Shown here: positions 29,084 to 38,832 of the stretch, piece after piece
Layout: each line of letters opens with the position of its first letter
Numbering within the stretch: the first letter of the stretch is position 1
NCBI GenBank assembly: GCA_002328075.1
Contig: DCVT01000022.1
Span: 77,622-141,621, forward strand
Source of the DNA: Anaerolineales bacterium UBA2181
GTDB lineage: Bacteria > Chloroflexota > Anaerolineae > Promineifilales > UBA4811
Length of the DNA stretch: 64,000 bases
Direction of reading: 5' to 3'
Position numbers and translations under genes: made by a program
The notes under the pieces: generated by a model
What the model was told of the DNA's origin: nothing
Seen by the model: the letters and a program-made list of their open reading frames with translations, nothing else
Database searches by the model: none

Positions 29084-29814
29084 CGGGAATCGCCTTGGAG
29101 AAAGACCACCCCGCTCCGTATCTCGTACACGGTGGTGGCAAACCGGCAGAACTGCTCGTTGTGTGTGGCCAGCAGACAGGTGAGCGAACCCTGGTGGTGC
29201 AGCCTTTGGAGCAATTCAGCTGTCTGCGTTGCGCTCTCGGCATCCAAGTTGCCCGTTGGCTCGTCGGCCAATAGCAGCCGAGGTTTACCGACCACTGCGC
29301 GCGCGATTGCGACCCGCTGTTGCTCGCCTCCCGAGAGCTCCACCGGTCGGTGGTCCAGGCGGTCTCCCATCCCCAATTCGCAAAGCACATGCCGGCTGCG
29401 TTGGCAGGCCTCCCTCCAGCCGACCCCCCGAGCCAACAGCGTCAATGCCACATTGTCGCAGGCCGACAAGGCCGGCAGGAGGTTGAAAAACTGAAAGACA
29501 AAACCGACCTGCTCTCGGCGGTACCGCACCGTGGTCGCGCGTTTGACCCGGTCCAACGCCAGCCCTCCGACCACCAGACTCCCCCCGCTCGGCCGGCTGA
29601 TCCCGCCAATCAGGTTGAGCAGCGTGGTTTTGCCCCCGCCACTCGGCCCAAGAATGACCACAAACGCGCCGGCCGGAATCGCCAGGTTCACCCCGCGGAG
29701 CGCTTCCACCTGTAAACGCCCCTGCTGATACGTCTTGGATAGGTCTTGGGCCAGAATGAACGGTGAGCCGTCTGAATCGGCGCCCGTAGTTTGTGGTCCG
29801 GCAGAGTCGGTCAC
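29080..29814 (-). CDS. LolD/MacB-type ABC ATP-binding protein
   Basis: GPSGGGKTT, GFVFQFFNL, LSGGEQQRVAIARA, ADEPTGNLD. Confidence 0.95.
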   Translation of the reverse strand: MTDSAGPQTTGADSDGSPFILAQDLSKTYQQGRLQVEALRGVNLAIPAGAFVVILGPSGGGKTTLLNLIGGISRPSGGSLVVGGLALDRVKRATTVRYRREQVGFVFQFFNLLPALSACDNVALTLLARGVGWREACQRSRHVLCELGMGDRLDHRPVELSGGEQQRVAIARAVVGKPRLLLADEPTGNLDAESATQTAELLQRLHHQGSLTCLLATHNEQFCRFATTVYEIRSGVVFLQGDSR

Positions 29815-29917
29815 GCTTCATCCACCAGGGGGCTTTGGCGGGGTCCGAACCAGGCGCAAGCGGATGCGGCGAAAACTGCGCTCAGCCCGACCATGCTGAT
29901 CCGTGACATGAATGGGA

Positions 29918-29945
29918 ATTCTACACTCGATGGGACGGGTGTCAA
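29918..29945 (-). promoter_or_regulatory. Sigma70-type promoter of the ABC operon
   Basis: Minus strand TTGACA-16 bp-TAGAAT. Confidence 0.7.
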
Positions 29946-30240
29946 ATGCGCTGCCTGCCGCGGGTGAGCCCACCAGGCAGGAACAACGCTTTCCGCCGCG
30001 CCGATCCGGGGCGGCCGGCTGGCACCCGACTGGGACTCGGCGAGACGTCTTTCTTTGACTACCACCTGATCTGTGTTATCCTGCAGCCGGTCTGGCCGTC
30101 CGGCGTGGTGCGGTGGTGACAAAGACTGCTACCCGTGACCAAGACACCGGCGCAGCGTTCGGATGGGCGTCCCTGATCGCCCGGACGAATGCTGTCGAGG
30201 GCATCTCTGCGCCGGGCGTGAGTAGTCACAGGAGGTCAAT

Positions 30241-31071
30241 CTGGGCGAGCAACCGGCAATTGAGCGGACCGACGGGCTGCCAGTGACAGTGGAGTCGCTG
30301 AACTGCGACCTGAGTGCGATGGGCGTACAGCCCGGCATGGTCTTGCTGGTCCATGCTTCGCTGAGCGCTCTGGGCTGGGTCTCAGGCGGCGCAGTGGCGG
30401 TGATCTTGGCGCTGGAACAGGCGCTTGGACTGGCTGGGACGCTGGTCATGCCAGCGCATTCCACCAACCTGACTGACCCCGAAGCTTGGCGTCACCCACC
30501 GGTCCCAGCTTCTTGGTGGCAGGTCATCCGCGATACCGTGCCGGGCTACGACCCTGCTCTCACTCCCACTCGTGGGATTGGAGTCATCCCAGAAACCTTT
30601 CGCAAGCAGACCGGCGTGCTGCGGAGCGGGCACCCAACTGTGTCGTTTGCTGCCTGGGGTGCGCAGGCAGACCTGATCACCTCCGGGCACGGGTTAGCGT
30701 TTGGGATGGGTGAGGGGTCGCCACTAGCGCGGATTTATGACCTGGATGGCTGGGTGCTGCTCATGGGGGTGGGTCACAGCAGCAACAGCTCGCTGCACCT
30801 GGCTGAATACCGAGCATCCTATCCGGGAAAGCAACTCGTCTTGGAAGGTACTGCCGTGATGAGGGACGGTCGGCGGCAGTGGGTGACCTACCCAGATATT
30901 TCCACCGATTCAGACGACTTTGGACAAGTAGGGGAGGCTTTCGACATGGCCGGCCAGGGCGTGCGCATCGGCCGGGTAGGGTATGGCAGCGCACGCTTGA
31001 TGTCTCAGCGTGCACTGGTGGATTTTGCGGTGAGCTGGATGGAGTCCAACCGGGGAGTTGTCAGACGATGA
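30241..31071 (+). CDS. AAC(3)/YokD-family N-acetyltransferase
   Basis: VHASLS.LGWV.GG, GTLVMP, GVIPETFR, HP..SFAAWG and SLHLAE motifs. Start placed at CTG 30241 after AGGAGG; the alternative is GTG 30283. Confidence 0.88.
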   Translation: MGEQPAIERTDGLPVTVESLNCDLSAMGVQPGMVLLVHASLSALGWVSGGAVAVILALEQALGLAGTLVMPAHSTNLTDPEAWRHPPVPASWWQVIRDTVPGYDPALTPTRGIGVIPETFRKQTGVLRSGHPTVSFAAWGAQADLITSGHGLAFGMGEGSPLARIYDLDGWVLLMGVGHSSNSSLHLAEYRASYPGKQLVLEGTAVMRDGRRQWVTYPDISTDSDDFGQVGEAFDMAGQGVRIGRVGYGSARLMSQRALVDFAVSWMESNRGVVRR

Positions 31072-31214
31072 CGGGCGCGTTCTCAACCGGATCGTCTTCC
31101 TGGACTGAGCCGGCCTGAATCCGATTGATCATTCGAATCCGCGTCGCCAGCGACGCTCAAACGGCCGGCTAGACACAGCGTGGTCGGGATGCTGTGTGTC
31201 TGTTCGGTTTGCGT

Positions 31215-32402
31215 TCAGCCAGCGACCAGATACGGCGCCCGTTGCGGCTCAGACAGCCACTCGCAGCCATCTTCTGTGATGGCAATCATCTCCTCCAGGC
31301 CGATGTAACCGACCGGCGAGCGCACGCCGAGCTCCAGGGTATAGATGCCGCCGGCTGCAAGCCGACCGTACGGTTTGCCGCCATACCGGTCCCAACGTGG
31401 GTAGAAGCCTGTCCCTCCGTCGTGTGCCGAGCGGCCGACCGAATGACCGAGCGCGTGGGGAAACTCGGGATAGCCTGCCTTGGTGAGGTAGCTGCGCGCG
31501 GCCGCGTCCACCTCCCATCCCGGCACACCCGGCCGAACAAGACCAGAGGCAGTTTGGATGGCTCCCGCAACTGCTGCGAATGCCCGCATCACCTCGGCCG
31601 GCGGCTCTAGCTCTCCCGGACGCAGGAAATACCAGACCCGCTGCAGGTCAGAGCAGTATCCTTCCACCTGTACACCCAGGTCCATGTTCAACGTGTCACC
31701 GGCTGCTACCCGTACATCGGCCGCCGGCCCAGCGTGCCCCCACGGGCTGGAGGGCCCGGCATTCAAACCGGGGCAACCCTCGGCGTCCCAGGCTAGCGCC
31801 AGCCCTCGCCGGAAAACCCGCTCCCGCACAAAGTAGGCGATCTCGAGTTCGCTGAGCCCCGCCCGGAGCCAGTCTCCGACCTCTTGGAACACGGCGTCGG
31901 TTTCTCGGATTGCCCGCTGAACAAGGGCGCGTTCGCCGGCTGTCTTGCGGCCGCGAAGTGCCTCGACGAACAGCTCGGCCGAGACCAATCGGCCAGCATA
32001 CGGAGTTCCTTCGAGGTATCGGAGCAGATTGAGGTACATGCCGTGGGTCAGGCCGTCGGCGGTCACGTCGTCCCGGCTATAGTTGATCCCAATGACGTCC
32101 GGGTCCAACTGCTCCAACACGCCGACCAGCGACTCCCGAATGCTTTGCGTGTAGGTGTGGATCGGGTCAAACAGACCCTGTTGGCGCACAGGTTGGTCGT
32201 CACCCAGGCCGGTTACGGCAATCCTTTCACCAGACCGAGCAAAGACAAATGCGGCCGGCCACACCGCGTGGGGATCTCCAAACAACTTGAGCACCGGGTC
32301 GCTGTGTTCACCAGTCTCCCGGACCAGGATCATCCATGCTCCCAAGTCGAACTCGTCCAGCAGCGCTGTTGCTTGCTGCGCCTTGTCCCAACCAATCATC
32401 AT
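31215..32402 (-). CDS. M24 Xaa-Pro peptidase family protein
   Basis: DLGV...GYCSD, HALGH.VG..AHD, TLELG and LEE metal-ligand motifs; TGgTATAAT upstream near 32461-32469. Confidence 0.9.
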   Translation of the reverse strand: MMIGWDKAQQATALLDEFDLGAWMILVRETGEHSDPVLKLFGDPHAVWPAAFVFARSGERIAVTGLGDDQPVRQQGLFDPIHTYTQSIRESLVGVLEQLDPDVIGINYSRDDVTADGLTHGMYLNLLRYLEGTPYAGRLVSAELFVEALRGRKTAGERALVQRAIRETDAVFQEVGDWLRAGLSELEIAYFVRERVFRRGLALAWDAEGCPGLNAGPSSPWGHAGPAADVRVAAGDTLNMDLGVQVEGYCSDLQRVWYFLRPGELEPPAEVMRAFAAVAGAIQTASGLVRPGVPGWEVDAAARSYLTKAGYPEFPHALGHSVGRSAHDGGTGFYPRWDRYGGKPYGRLAAGGIYTLELGVRSPVGYIGLEEMIAITEDGCEWLSEPQRAPYLVAG

Positions 32403-32684
32403 CGCCACCTCCAGCCTTTGATCCGGCCGAATCCGCCGGCGGTTCCTTCACGGCCTGCCGATTATACCAAACGCCAAGAACCGTCTGAGACATCCCCGTG
32501 CTACGTCCGATGGACCCCCGCGGTTCCGCCTGCCTAACCGGTCAGCGCGTTCTCCGGGGGTACGTTCGGTTGCCGTGGTAGTTGGTTTGGGATATGATCG
32601 TTGCGGTTTGCACTTGGGGAGGCGCAAGGAGAGGATTGATGCGTCGTGCACCAAGATCTGCCTCCCGCACGAAAGGATTACCTG

Positions 32685-34235
32685 GTGTCCTGGATGATGG
32701 TGCTCCTGGCCCTCTCGCCGGTGATCGTAATCACCCTCCTCCTCACATTGCGCCGCACTGCGGCCGACACTGCGGGGCTGATTGGCTTGGGGGTGACGGC
32801 GGCTGTAGCCTGGCTGGTGTTTGAGACCAGCCCGGTGGTGATCCTGCGGGCCGGCCTGGGAGGGCTGGTTGCATCGCTGCCGATTTCCCTGGTGGTGGCT
32901 ACCTCCATCCTTCAGGTGACGCTGATGCTGGAAACCGGCGCCATCGCGCGGTTGGTGACCCTGATCAAAACGGTGGCACCCGCCGATCAGGTGGTTCAGA
33001 TCATGCTCATCAACGTGGGTGTAGGCACGGTCCTGACCGCGTTGGGGGCCGTTCCCGTCTCTATCCTGCCGCCCATCATGCTGGCGCTGGGGTATACATC
33101 GTTTGCTGCCATTGCCTTGCCGGCCATCGGATACGATGCCCTCTGCACCTATGCGCTTCTTGGGGTCCCAGCGGTGGTCTTTGCCAATCTGGTCGGCCGT
33201 CCGGTGGAGGAGGTGGGCATCTATTTTGCGCGCTACATGCCGGCCGTCAGTACCTGTATCGCCATGGGGATGGTGTGGATTGTGGGCCGTTGGAAGCTGG
33301 TATGGCGGGGATTGGCCCCGACGCTGCTGGCCGGGTTGACGGCCGGCTTTGTCGCTATTGGCATGAACGCGTTGGGGCTGGTGACGGTGACGGGCATCGC
33401 TGCCGGGCTGGCGGTGGTGTTGGTGATGCTGCTGTACCTCCGCCTCACCGGCCGGCCATTGATGGACCGGGCTGGTCTGGACGAAAGCGACCTGGCAGCC
33501 GAACACGGCCTGTCGCTGGAGTCCGCTATTTCGCCCTGGGTGATCCTGACGTTCTTTTCGCTGCTGGTGAACGCGCCTTTCCTCCCCGTGATGGACCTGG
33601 TCTTCTCTCGGTGGGCGTTGCCGCTGGAGATCATACCGGGTGCGCCAGAAAGGCTGCGGCTGTTTTGGCAGGCTTACTTCTGGATTCTGATCAGCACGGC
33701 GCTGGCGCTGCCCATCCTCAGGGTCAGCCGGGTGCACCTGCGCACGACTGTCCGCAAATGGTGGCGTCGCGCACCTCGCCCGGTGATATCCGCGGCCGTG
33801 TTTTTCGCCATTGCATACATCATCAACCATTCAGGCAAGACGGCTGATTGGACGCTACCCGACCCGCAATTCAACATGGTTCAGGTGATAGCGCAGGCCG
33901 CCGCTACCGGGTTAGGGCGGTTGTATCCTGCCATCGCTCCGTTCCTGGGCCTTTTGGGTGGGTTCATCAGTGGGTCTGAGACCTCTGCCATAGCCATGCT
34001 TACCGGGTTGCACCTCTCCACCGCAGAAAAGATCGGCGCTGCCGGGCTGCTGGTTGCAGCTGCCAGCGGAATCGGAGGCGGTCTAGCCAGCGTCATCTCC
34101 CCAGCCAAGCTGCAAAACGCGGCCGCGGCCATCGACCGCATTGGAGAAGAATCAGTGGTGATCCGCACCACGTTTGTCGTCTCACTCGCGATCACCGCCG
34201 TGGTGGCCGTGTTGACGCTGGCGTGGGCTTTCTGA
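32685..34235 (+). CDS. L-lactate permease (LctP family)
   Basis: Polytopic membrane protein with APFLGLLGGFISGSETS and ISPAKLQNAAA motifs. Start uncertain (32685 or 32694). Confidence 0.82.
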   Translation: MSWMMVLLALSPVIVITLLLTLRRTAADTAGLIGLGVTAAVAWLVFETSPVVILRAGLGGLVASLPISLVVATSILQVTLMLETGAIARLVTLIKTVAPADQVVQIMLINVGVGTVLTALGAVPVSILPPIMLALGYTSFAAIALPAIGYDALCTYALLGVPAVVFANLVGRPVEEVGIYFARYMPAVSTCIAMGMVWIVGRWKLVWRGLAPTLLAGLTAGFVAIGMNALGLVTVTGIAAGLAVVLVMLLYLRLTGRPLMDRAGLDESDLAAEHGLSLESAISPWVILTFFSLLVNAPFLPVMDLVFSRWALPLEIIPGAPERLRLFWQAYFWILISTALALPILRVSRVHLRTTVRKWWRRAPRPVISAAVFFAIAYIINHSGKTADWTLPDPQFNMVQVIAQAAATGLGRLYPAIAPFLGLLGGFISGSETSAIAMLTGLHLSTAEKIGAAGLLVAAASGIGGGLASVISPAKLQNAAAAIDRIGEESVVIRTTFVVSLAITAVVAVLTLAWAF

Positions 34236-35243
34236 CCAACCGGGCTTCGGGCCTACCTTGGCAGCTGCTCGACCGACCGGCGCGTCGTGTTTCTGGGACT
34301 TTGTCAGGGGCTCAGGACCGATCAGACAGCCTGCTCAACGCCCTACGACCGGCCGGACGGGCCAAGAGCGACGCCCAGCAACGCATCTCTCCATTGGCTG
34401 GGTGGAGTGCAACCAAGACCCAGGCGGCCGGCGGCTGCGGCTGAGCCTGACCCAGCAGGTCGCGGGATGGGCAGATGCCGGAGCCAAAGACACGACACGT
34501 CGCCGGGATGACACTCTGCCCCGGGACGACTCGCAGCTTGCCGCAAGGCGTCGGCCGGCGCGAGGAATCCTGGTAGCCCACGAACGGTCCTGATTGGGGC
34601 ATCGGATCCGCCTCTGGTCACAAAGAGAAGCTTCCGATTCTGCCCAACTGCCAGGAGACGGGCATCACAAGTGCCGTCATGCCGAGCTTACGCGATTGGG
34701 AAGCCGCTATGGCAGCCAGTCAGCCGGTCCGCCGCCGCCGCTGCAGTAGCCGGATGTGTTGCGTCACGCGTCCATCCGGCGCAGCGCCTGCATCAGAACC
34801 AGCAGCGCGGCAAAAAAGGCCGGAGCGACGCCGCCAGTTTCCACCCCCCAGCCGGCGGCCACGGAGGCCGGCGGCAAAGTCACCTCAACCCAGAACAGGA
34901 GGGTAGCAGCGGTCGAATACGTCCTGAAATGTGGCGGGAGCGACCGACATCCATGATGACACGGTCCACTCCACGCCGCGCACGTCAGAGGCCGCCGGCA
35001 ACTTGAGATCGCCCTCCGGAACCTGTTTCATGAAGTACCTGTTACCCAAATTCCGAGAAGACCCAGCGCATCGGTTGTGGGGGGGACCTTGGGCGGTCCT
35101 GCTGCGCTGTGCGTGGCGGCCGGGAAACCCGTCAGATGCCGCCCACGTCTGGTGAACCTGCACAAGCACCGGGGTTCCGGATCACGGACCGGCCCGGCGT
35201 CGGCGCGGGAGCGTCTCACGCGTGTGTTGTGACGGCTATTCGG

Positions 35244-37052
35244 TCAGGCCGGCCTGCGTCGGAGCACCAGGAGAGCCACGTCGTCGAACTGCGAGGCTGC
35301 TCCGGTATGCTCCAGGGCGCGTGCTACTATCGCTTGGAGAATCTGCTCCGCGCTGCCTCCGATGGTTGCCGCTTTCCTTACAGACTCCAGCAGAGCTGCC
35401 TCTCCCAGCTCGTTTCCATTGGGGTCCATGGCTTCGCTTACGCCGTCCGTGTACAGCACCAATGTGTCGCCCGGAGCCAGGTCAAGGGCCCGTTCCTGCA
35501 GCTGGACCGAGCCAAAAGCACCCAGCAGGATTCCACGAGTCGCCACGGACACACAGTCGCCGGCAGCAGCCCGGCACCAGATGGGACGGGTGTGCCCTCC
35601 ATTGGCAAATACCAACCGGCCACTTTCTGGATACAACCTGGCATAGACGGCGGTGAGAAAGAGGTCAAAGCGGTTCTGGCGGAGGAGCAAATCGTTCACC
35701 TGCTGCAACGTTCCGGCGGGGCCTCGCCCGTCACGCGCGCTGCTGTAGATCATGGTTGCGCTGCGAGCCATAAAGAGCGCTGCCGGAACCCCCTTGCCCG
35801 AGACGTCGCCAATGACAAACCCCCAGCCTTGTGGCTCGGACGGCAACTCGAAAACATCATAAAAGTCGCCGCCTACCTCACGCGCGGCCTGGTAGTAGGC
35901 AGCCACCTCCCAACCAGGCAGGTCGGGCAGCCGTTCGGGCAGGAGTCCGAGTTGGATCTTCCGGCCGACAGCCAGTTCACTCTCTATTGCTTTTTTCTCC
36001 ACCTCTTGCACGTGAAGGCGAGCCTTTTCGATGGTCAATGCTGCTTGGTTGGCCATCAGTTGCAGAAACTGCAACTCTCCCGCGTCCAGCAGTCGTGGAG
36101 TTCGCTGGTTGAGAACCAGGATACCCACCGAGCGGCCCTCCACCACCAGCGGCACCACCGCGTGGCCGCGAAAGCCCTCTGCCAGCAACCAAGGCGGTGC
36201 AGAATCGTTGGCGTCATCCTCCTGCAGGTCCTCGGTCTGCAGCGCTTGCTGGGTTCGCATCACCAGTCCCGGCGCACTGTGGGCGCTATTTGGCACCTCG
36301 CGCGACTGCCCGACCGGGCAATCCTGCCAGCCGGATGCGGCCTTGAAGGCCAACATGCCCGGCACCTCGGCCGGGAGCAAGAGCGCGCAGGCGTCGGCGC
36401 CAAGCCGTTCCCGCACTTGGTCAACCACATAGTGCACCAACTCATCCGAATCCAGCCGGTGCAGCAATTGATCAGACAGCCGCAGCAGCGCCTCCTGTTC
36501 GTGGACCCGCTGTTCGCGTAGCAGGTCGTACAACCGCGCCCGTTCCAGGGCAGTTCCCATCTGGCCGCCCACTGCGGTCAAGAGACTCAATGATTCGGGA
36601 CTAAAGGCCGACCAGTCTGGCGCTGCGACGTTGAGAATGCCCAGGGTCAGATCCCCCGAACGCAGCGGAACCGTGGCGTGCACGGTAAGCTGGCGCTGGT
36701 CTCCACTGATTGACTGCAGCCGGGTACAACGGACCTCGTTATGTGCGTCTTGGAGGGTGCCGTCGTTACACATTCCCTGACAAATACAGCTTCCCTCCCA
36801 GGCATCGCTGTTCACGGGGTTCAGGGCGGACGGCAGGTTGTGGTGAGCTGCCAGGTGATAGCCGCTGCCACACCCCGTCTCGTGACCGGCTCGGTCCGTC
36901 AAAAAGACCCAGGCGGTCTCCAACCCCATCAGCACCACTAGGTCCCCCAGCGCGGCGTCGAGCACACCAGGAACGTCCACCGCCCGGTTCAACGTTTGCG
37001 CGATTTGATTCAGTTTTCCAAGTTTTTCCACCAGGGCGAGTTCGTTGCCCAT
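35244..37052 (-). CDS. GAF-GAF-SpoIIE (PP2C, RsbU-like) phosphatase
   Basis: Two GAF domains followed by VGGDFYD, GDVSGKG, YTDG and DD motifs; RBS AAGGAG. Confidence 0.92.
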   Translation of the reverse strand: MGNELALVEKLGKLNQIAQTLNRAVDVPGVLDAALGDLVVLMGLETAWVFLTDRAGHETGCGSGYHLAAHHNLPSALNPVNSDAWEGSCICQGMCNDGTLQDAHNEVRCTRLQSISGDQRQLTVHATVPLRSGDLTLGILNVAAPDWSAFSPESLSLLTAVGGQMGTALERARLYDLLREQRVHEQEALLRLSDQLLHRLDSDELVHYVVDQVRERLGADACALLLPAEVPGMLAFKAASGWQDCPVGQSREVPNSAHSAPGLVMRTQQALQTEDLQEDDANDSAPPWLLAEGFRGHAVVPLVVEGRSVGILVLNQRTPRLLDAGELQFLQLMANQAALTIEKARLHVQEVEKKAIESELAVGRKIQLGLLPERLPDLPGWEVAAYYQAAREVGGDFYDVFELPSEPQGWGFVIGDVSGKGVPAALFMARSATMIYSSARDGRGPAGTLQQVNDLLLRQNRFDLFLTAVYARLYPESGRLVFANGGHTRPIWCRAAAGDCVSVATRGILLGAFGSVQLQERALDLAPGDTLVLYTDGVSEAMDPNGNELGEAALLESVRKAATIGGSAEQILQAIVARALEHTGAASQFDDVALLVLRRRPA

Positions 37053-37378
37053 CGGCGGTCTCCTTTGGCCGGAACAACAACACTCAATTGTACCGCGGCT
37101 GGGCCGAATGTCAATTTGGATCATGCCCGTCTGTGTATTTCAGTGTGGGGCGGACCGTCAGACCGGGTGCTCTGGCAGCGTACAGTCTGGGTGCCATGGC
37201 TCTGCCTCTGCCGGAGTTCAAAGACCGGCCGGCGGGCAGGCGGACCGGCAGCCAATCTTAAGCGACAGGCCTGGATCGCGCGGTTGGGTGAACGCAGCGC
37301 ACTTCCGGAGCAGCCGCTGGGTACGCGTCAACTGGCAGAACCCGTGCCGAATGGACAAGCGCTGCATTTGCGGCGGGT

Positions 37379-37406
37379 TTGACGGTCCCGCGCTTTGTGG
37401 TATAGT
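37379..37406 (+). promoter_or_regulatory. Sigma70-type promoter of the DEAD-box helicase gene
   Basis: TTGACG-16 bp-TATAGT with TG extension. Confidence 0.7.
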
Positions 37407-37443
37407 TGCATTCTGTGGAGAGCAAGTAAATCCGGACCCTTCC

Positions 37444-37481
37444 CGCCGCCCGGTCTTGTGACTGGTGCGGCGTTTTATTTT
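37444..37481 (+). terminator. Intrinsic terminator-like hairpin within the helicase 5' leader
   Basis: CGCCGC-CCGGTC-(TTGT)-GACTGG-T-GCGGCG followed by TTTTATTTT. Confidence 0.65.
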
Positions 37482-37549
37482 GCCCCCGCCCGATGTGTCC
37501 CCGCGGCAGTTCACTCGGATGAAAATGGATGCCGCTTTTCAGGAGAACT

Positions 37550-38782
37550 ATGCTATTTGATGATTTTGAACTCGATCCTCGTCTGCAGCAGAACGTGCGA
37601 CGCATGGGATTCGAGCAACCGACCCCCATCCAGAGCGCGACGATTCCGCCGGCGCTGGATGGCCGCGACATTCTCGGCTCGGCCGAGACCGGCACCGGCA
37701 AGACGGCCGCTTTTCTGCTTCCGTTGTTGCACCGGCTGATTCATTCGCCCCGCACGCACGGCCCGCGTGCGCTGGTCCTGGTTCCCACGCGTGAACTGGC
37801 CTTGCAGGTCACGGACCATGCGCTCCAACTGGGCCAGGATTTGCCCGTTCGCAGCGTCGCCATCTACGGCGGCGTAGGCGACGCGCCGCAGGTACAGGCG
37901 CTCAAGGGCGGAGTCGACCTGGTCATTGCCACTCCCGGCCGTCTGCTGGACCACCTGGCGCGACGCAACGTGGCATTCGCTTCGCTCCAGGTGTTTGTCC
38001 TGGATGAAGCCGACCGTATGATGGACATTGGCTTTCTGCCGGATATCCGTCGCATCGTCCGATTGCTGCCGCGCGATCGGCAATCGATGCTCTTTTCGGC
38101 CACGCTGCAGCCGATTCTTGACCTGGCCGGCGAGATGACGCGCCAACCGGTGCGGGTGGAGGTGGAAACGGCTGCGACTCCAGACGCCATCACCCAGGCT
38201 CTTTACCCGGTTCCAGAGCATCTTAAATTCGACTTGCTGCAGTGCCTGTTGACGGATACCAGCCTGGACCGCGTGCTGCTTTTCACGCGCACCAAACACC
38301 GCGCGGATCGTATGGTCCGCAACCTGCGACGCGCCAACATTCCGGCGGCGGTGATTCACGGTAACCGCTCCCAAGGCCAGCGGGTGGCGGCGTTGGAGGC
38401 GTTTCGTCGTGGCGCCACTCGCGTGCTGGTCGCCACGGATGTCGCGGCGCGTGGAATTGACGTAGAAAGCATCTCGCACGTGGTGAATTATGACGTTCCT
38501 GGGCAACCGGAGGATTATGTGCATCGCATCGGCCGCACTGGGCGCGCCCACGCCATTGGGCAGGCGGTGACGCTGGTAACCCCGCCGGATGAGCGCATGG
38601 TTCACCGCATCGAGGCCATTCTGGGGTACAAGATCCAGCGCCGCCGGGTTGATGGGCTGGACTATGGGGTTCTTGCGGCGCACAAGCCGAACGCCGAGGA
38701 GATCCGACGGTACGTTGAGATCAACCGGCGCAGTCCGGTTCTGGTGAGTGCGACGGTTGCACCTAACCGACGCTTGCGCTAG
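37550..38782 (+). CDS. DEAD-box RNA helicase (RhlE-like)
   Basis: Q motif PTPIQ, AETGTGKT, PTRELA, TPGRL, DEAD, SAT, ARGID and HRIGRTGR; RBS AGGAGA. Confidence 0.95.
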   Translation: MLFDDFELDPRLQQNVRRMGFEQPTPIQSATIPPALDGRDILGSAETGTGKTAAFLLPLLHRLIHSPRTHGPRALVLVPTRELALQVTDHALQLGQDLPVRSVAIYGGVGDAPQVQALKGGVDLVIATPGRLLDHLARRNVAFASLQVFVLDEADRMMDIGFLPDIRRIVRLLPRDRQSMLFSATLQPILDLAGEMTRQPVRVEVETAATPDAITQALYPVPEHLKFDLLQCLLTDTSLDRVLLFTRTKHRADRMVRNLRRANIPAAVIHGNRSQGQRVAALEAFRRGATRVLVATDVAARGIDVESISHVVNYDVPGQPEDYVHRIGRTGRAHAIGQAVTLVTPPDERMVHRIEAILGYKIQRRRVDGLDYGVLAAHKPNAEEIRRYVEINRRSPVLVSATVAPNRRLR

Positions 38783-38832
38783 GCGCCGACAGAGGCGAAC
38801 ACGCTGCCGTGCTTGGGCGGGTTCATGTGCAA

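Noticed and set aside
30241-31071. Acquired aminoglycoside resistance gene
   Set aside because: It is a YokD-like chromosomal homolog with no mobile context; activity on aminoglycosides cannot be inferred.
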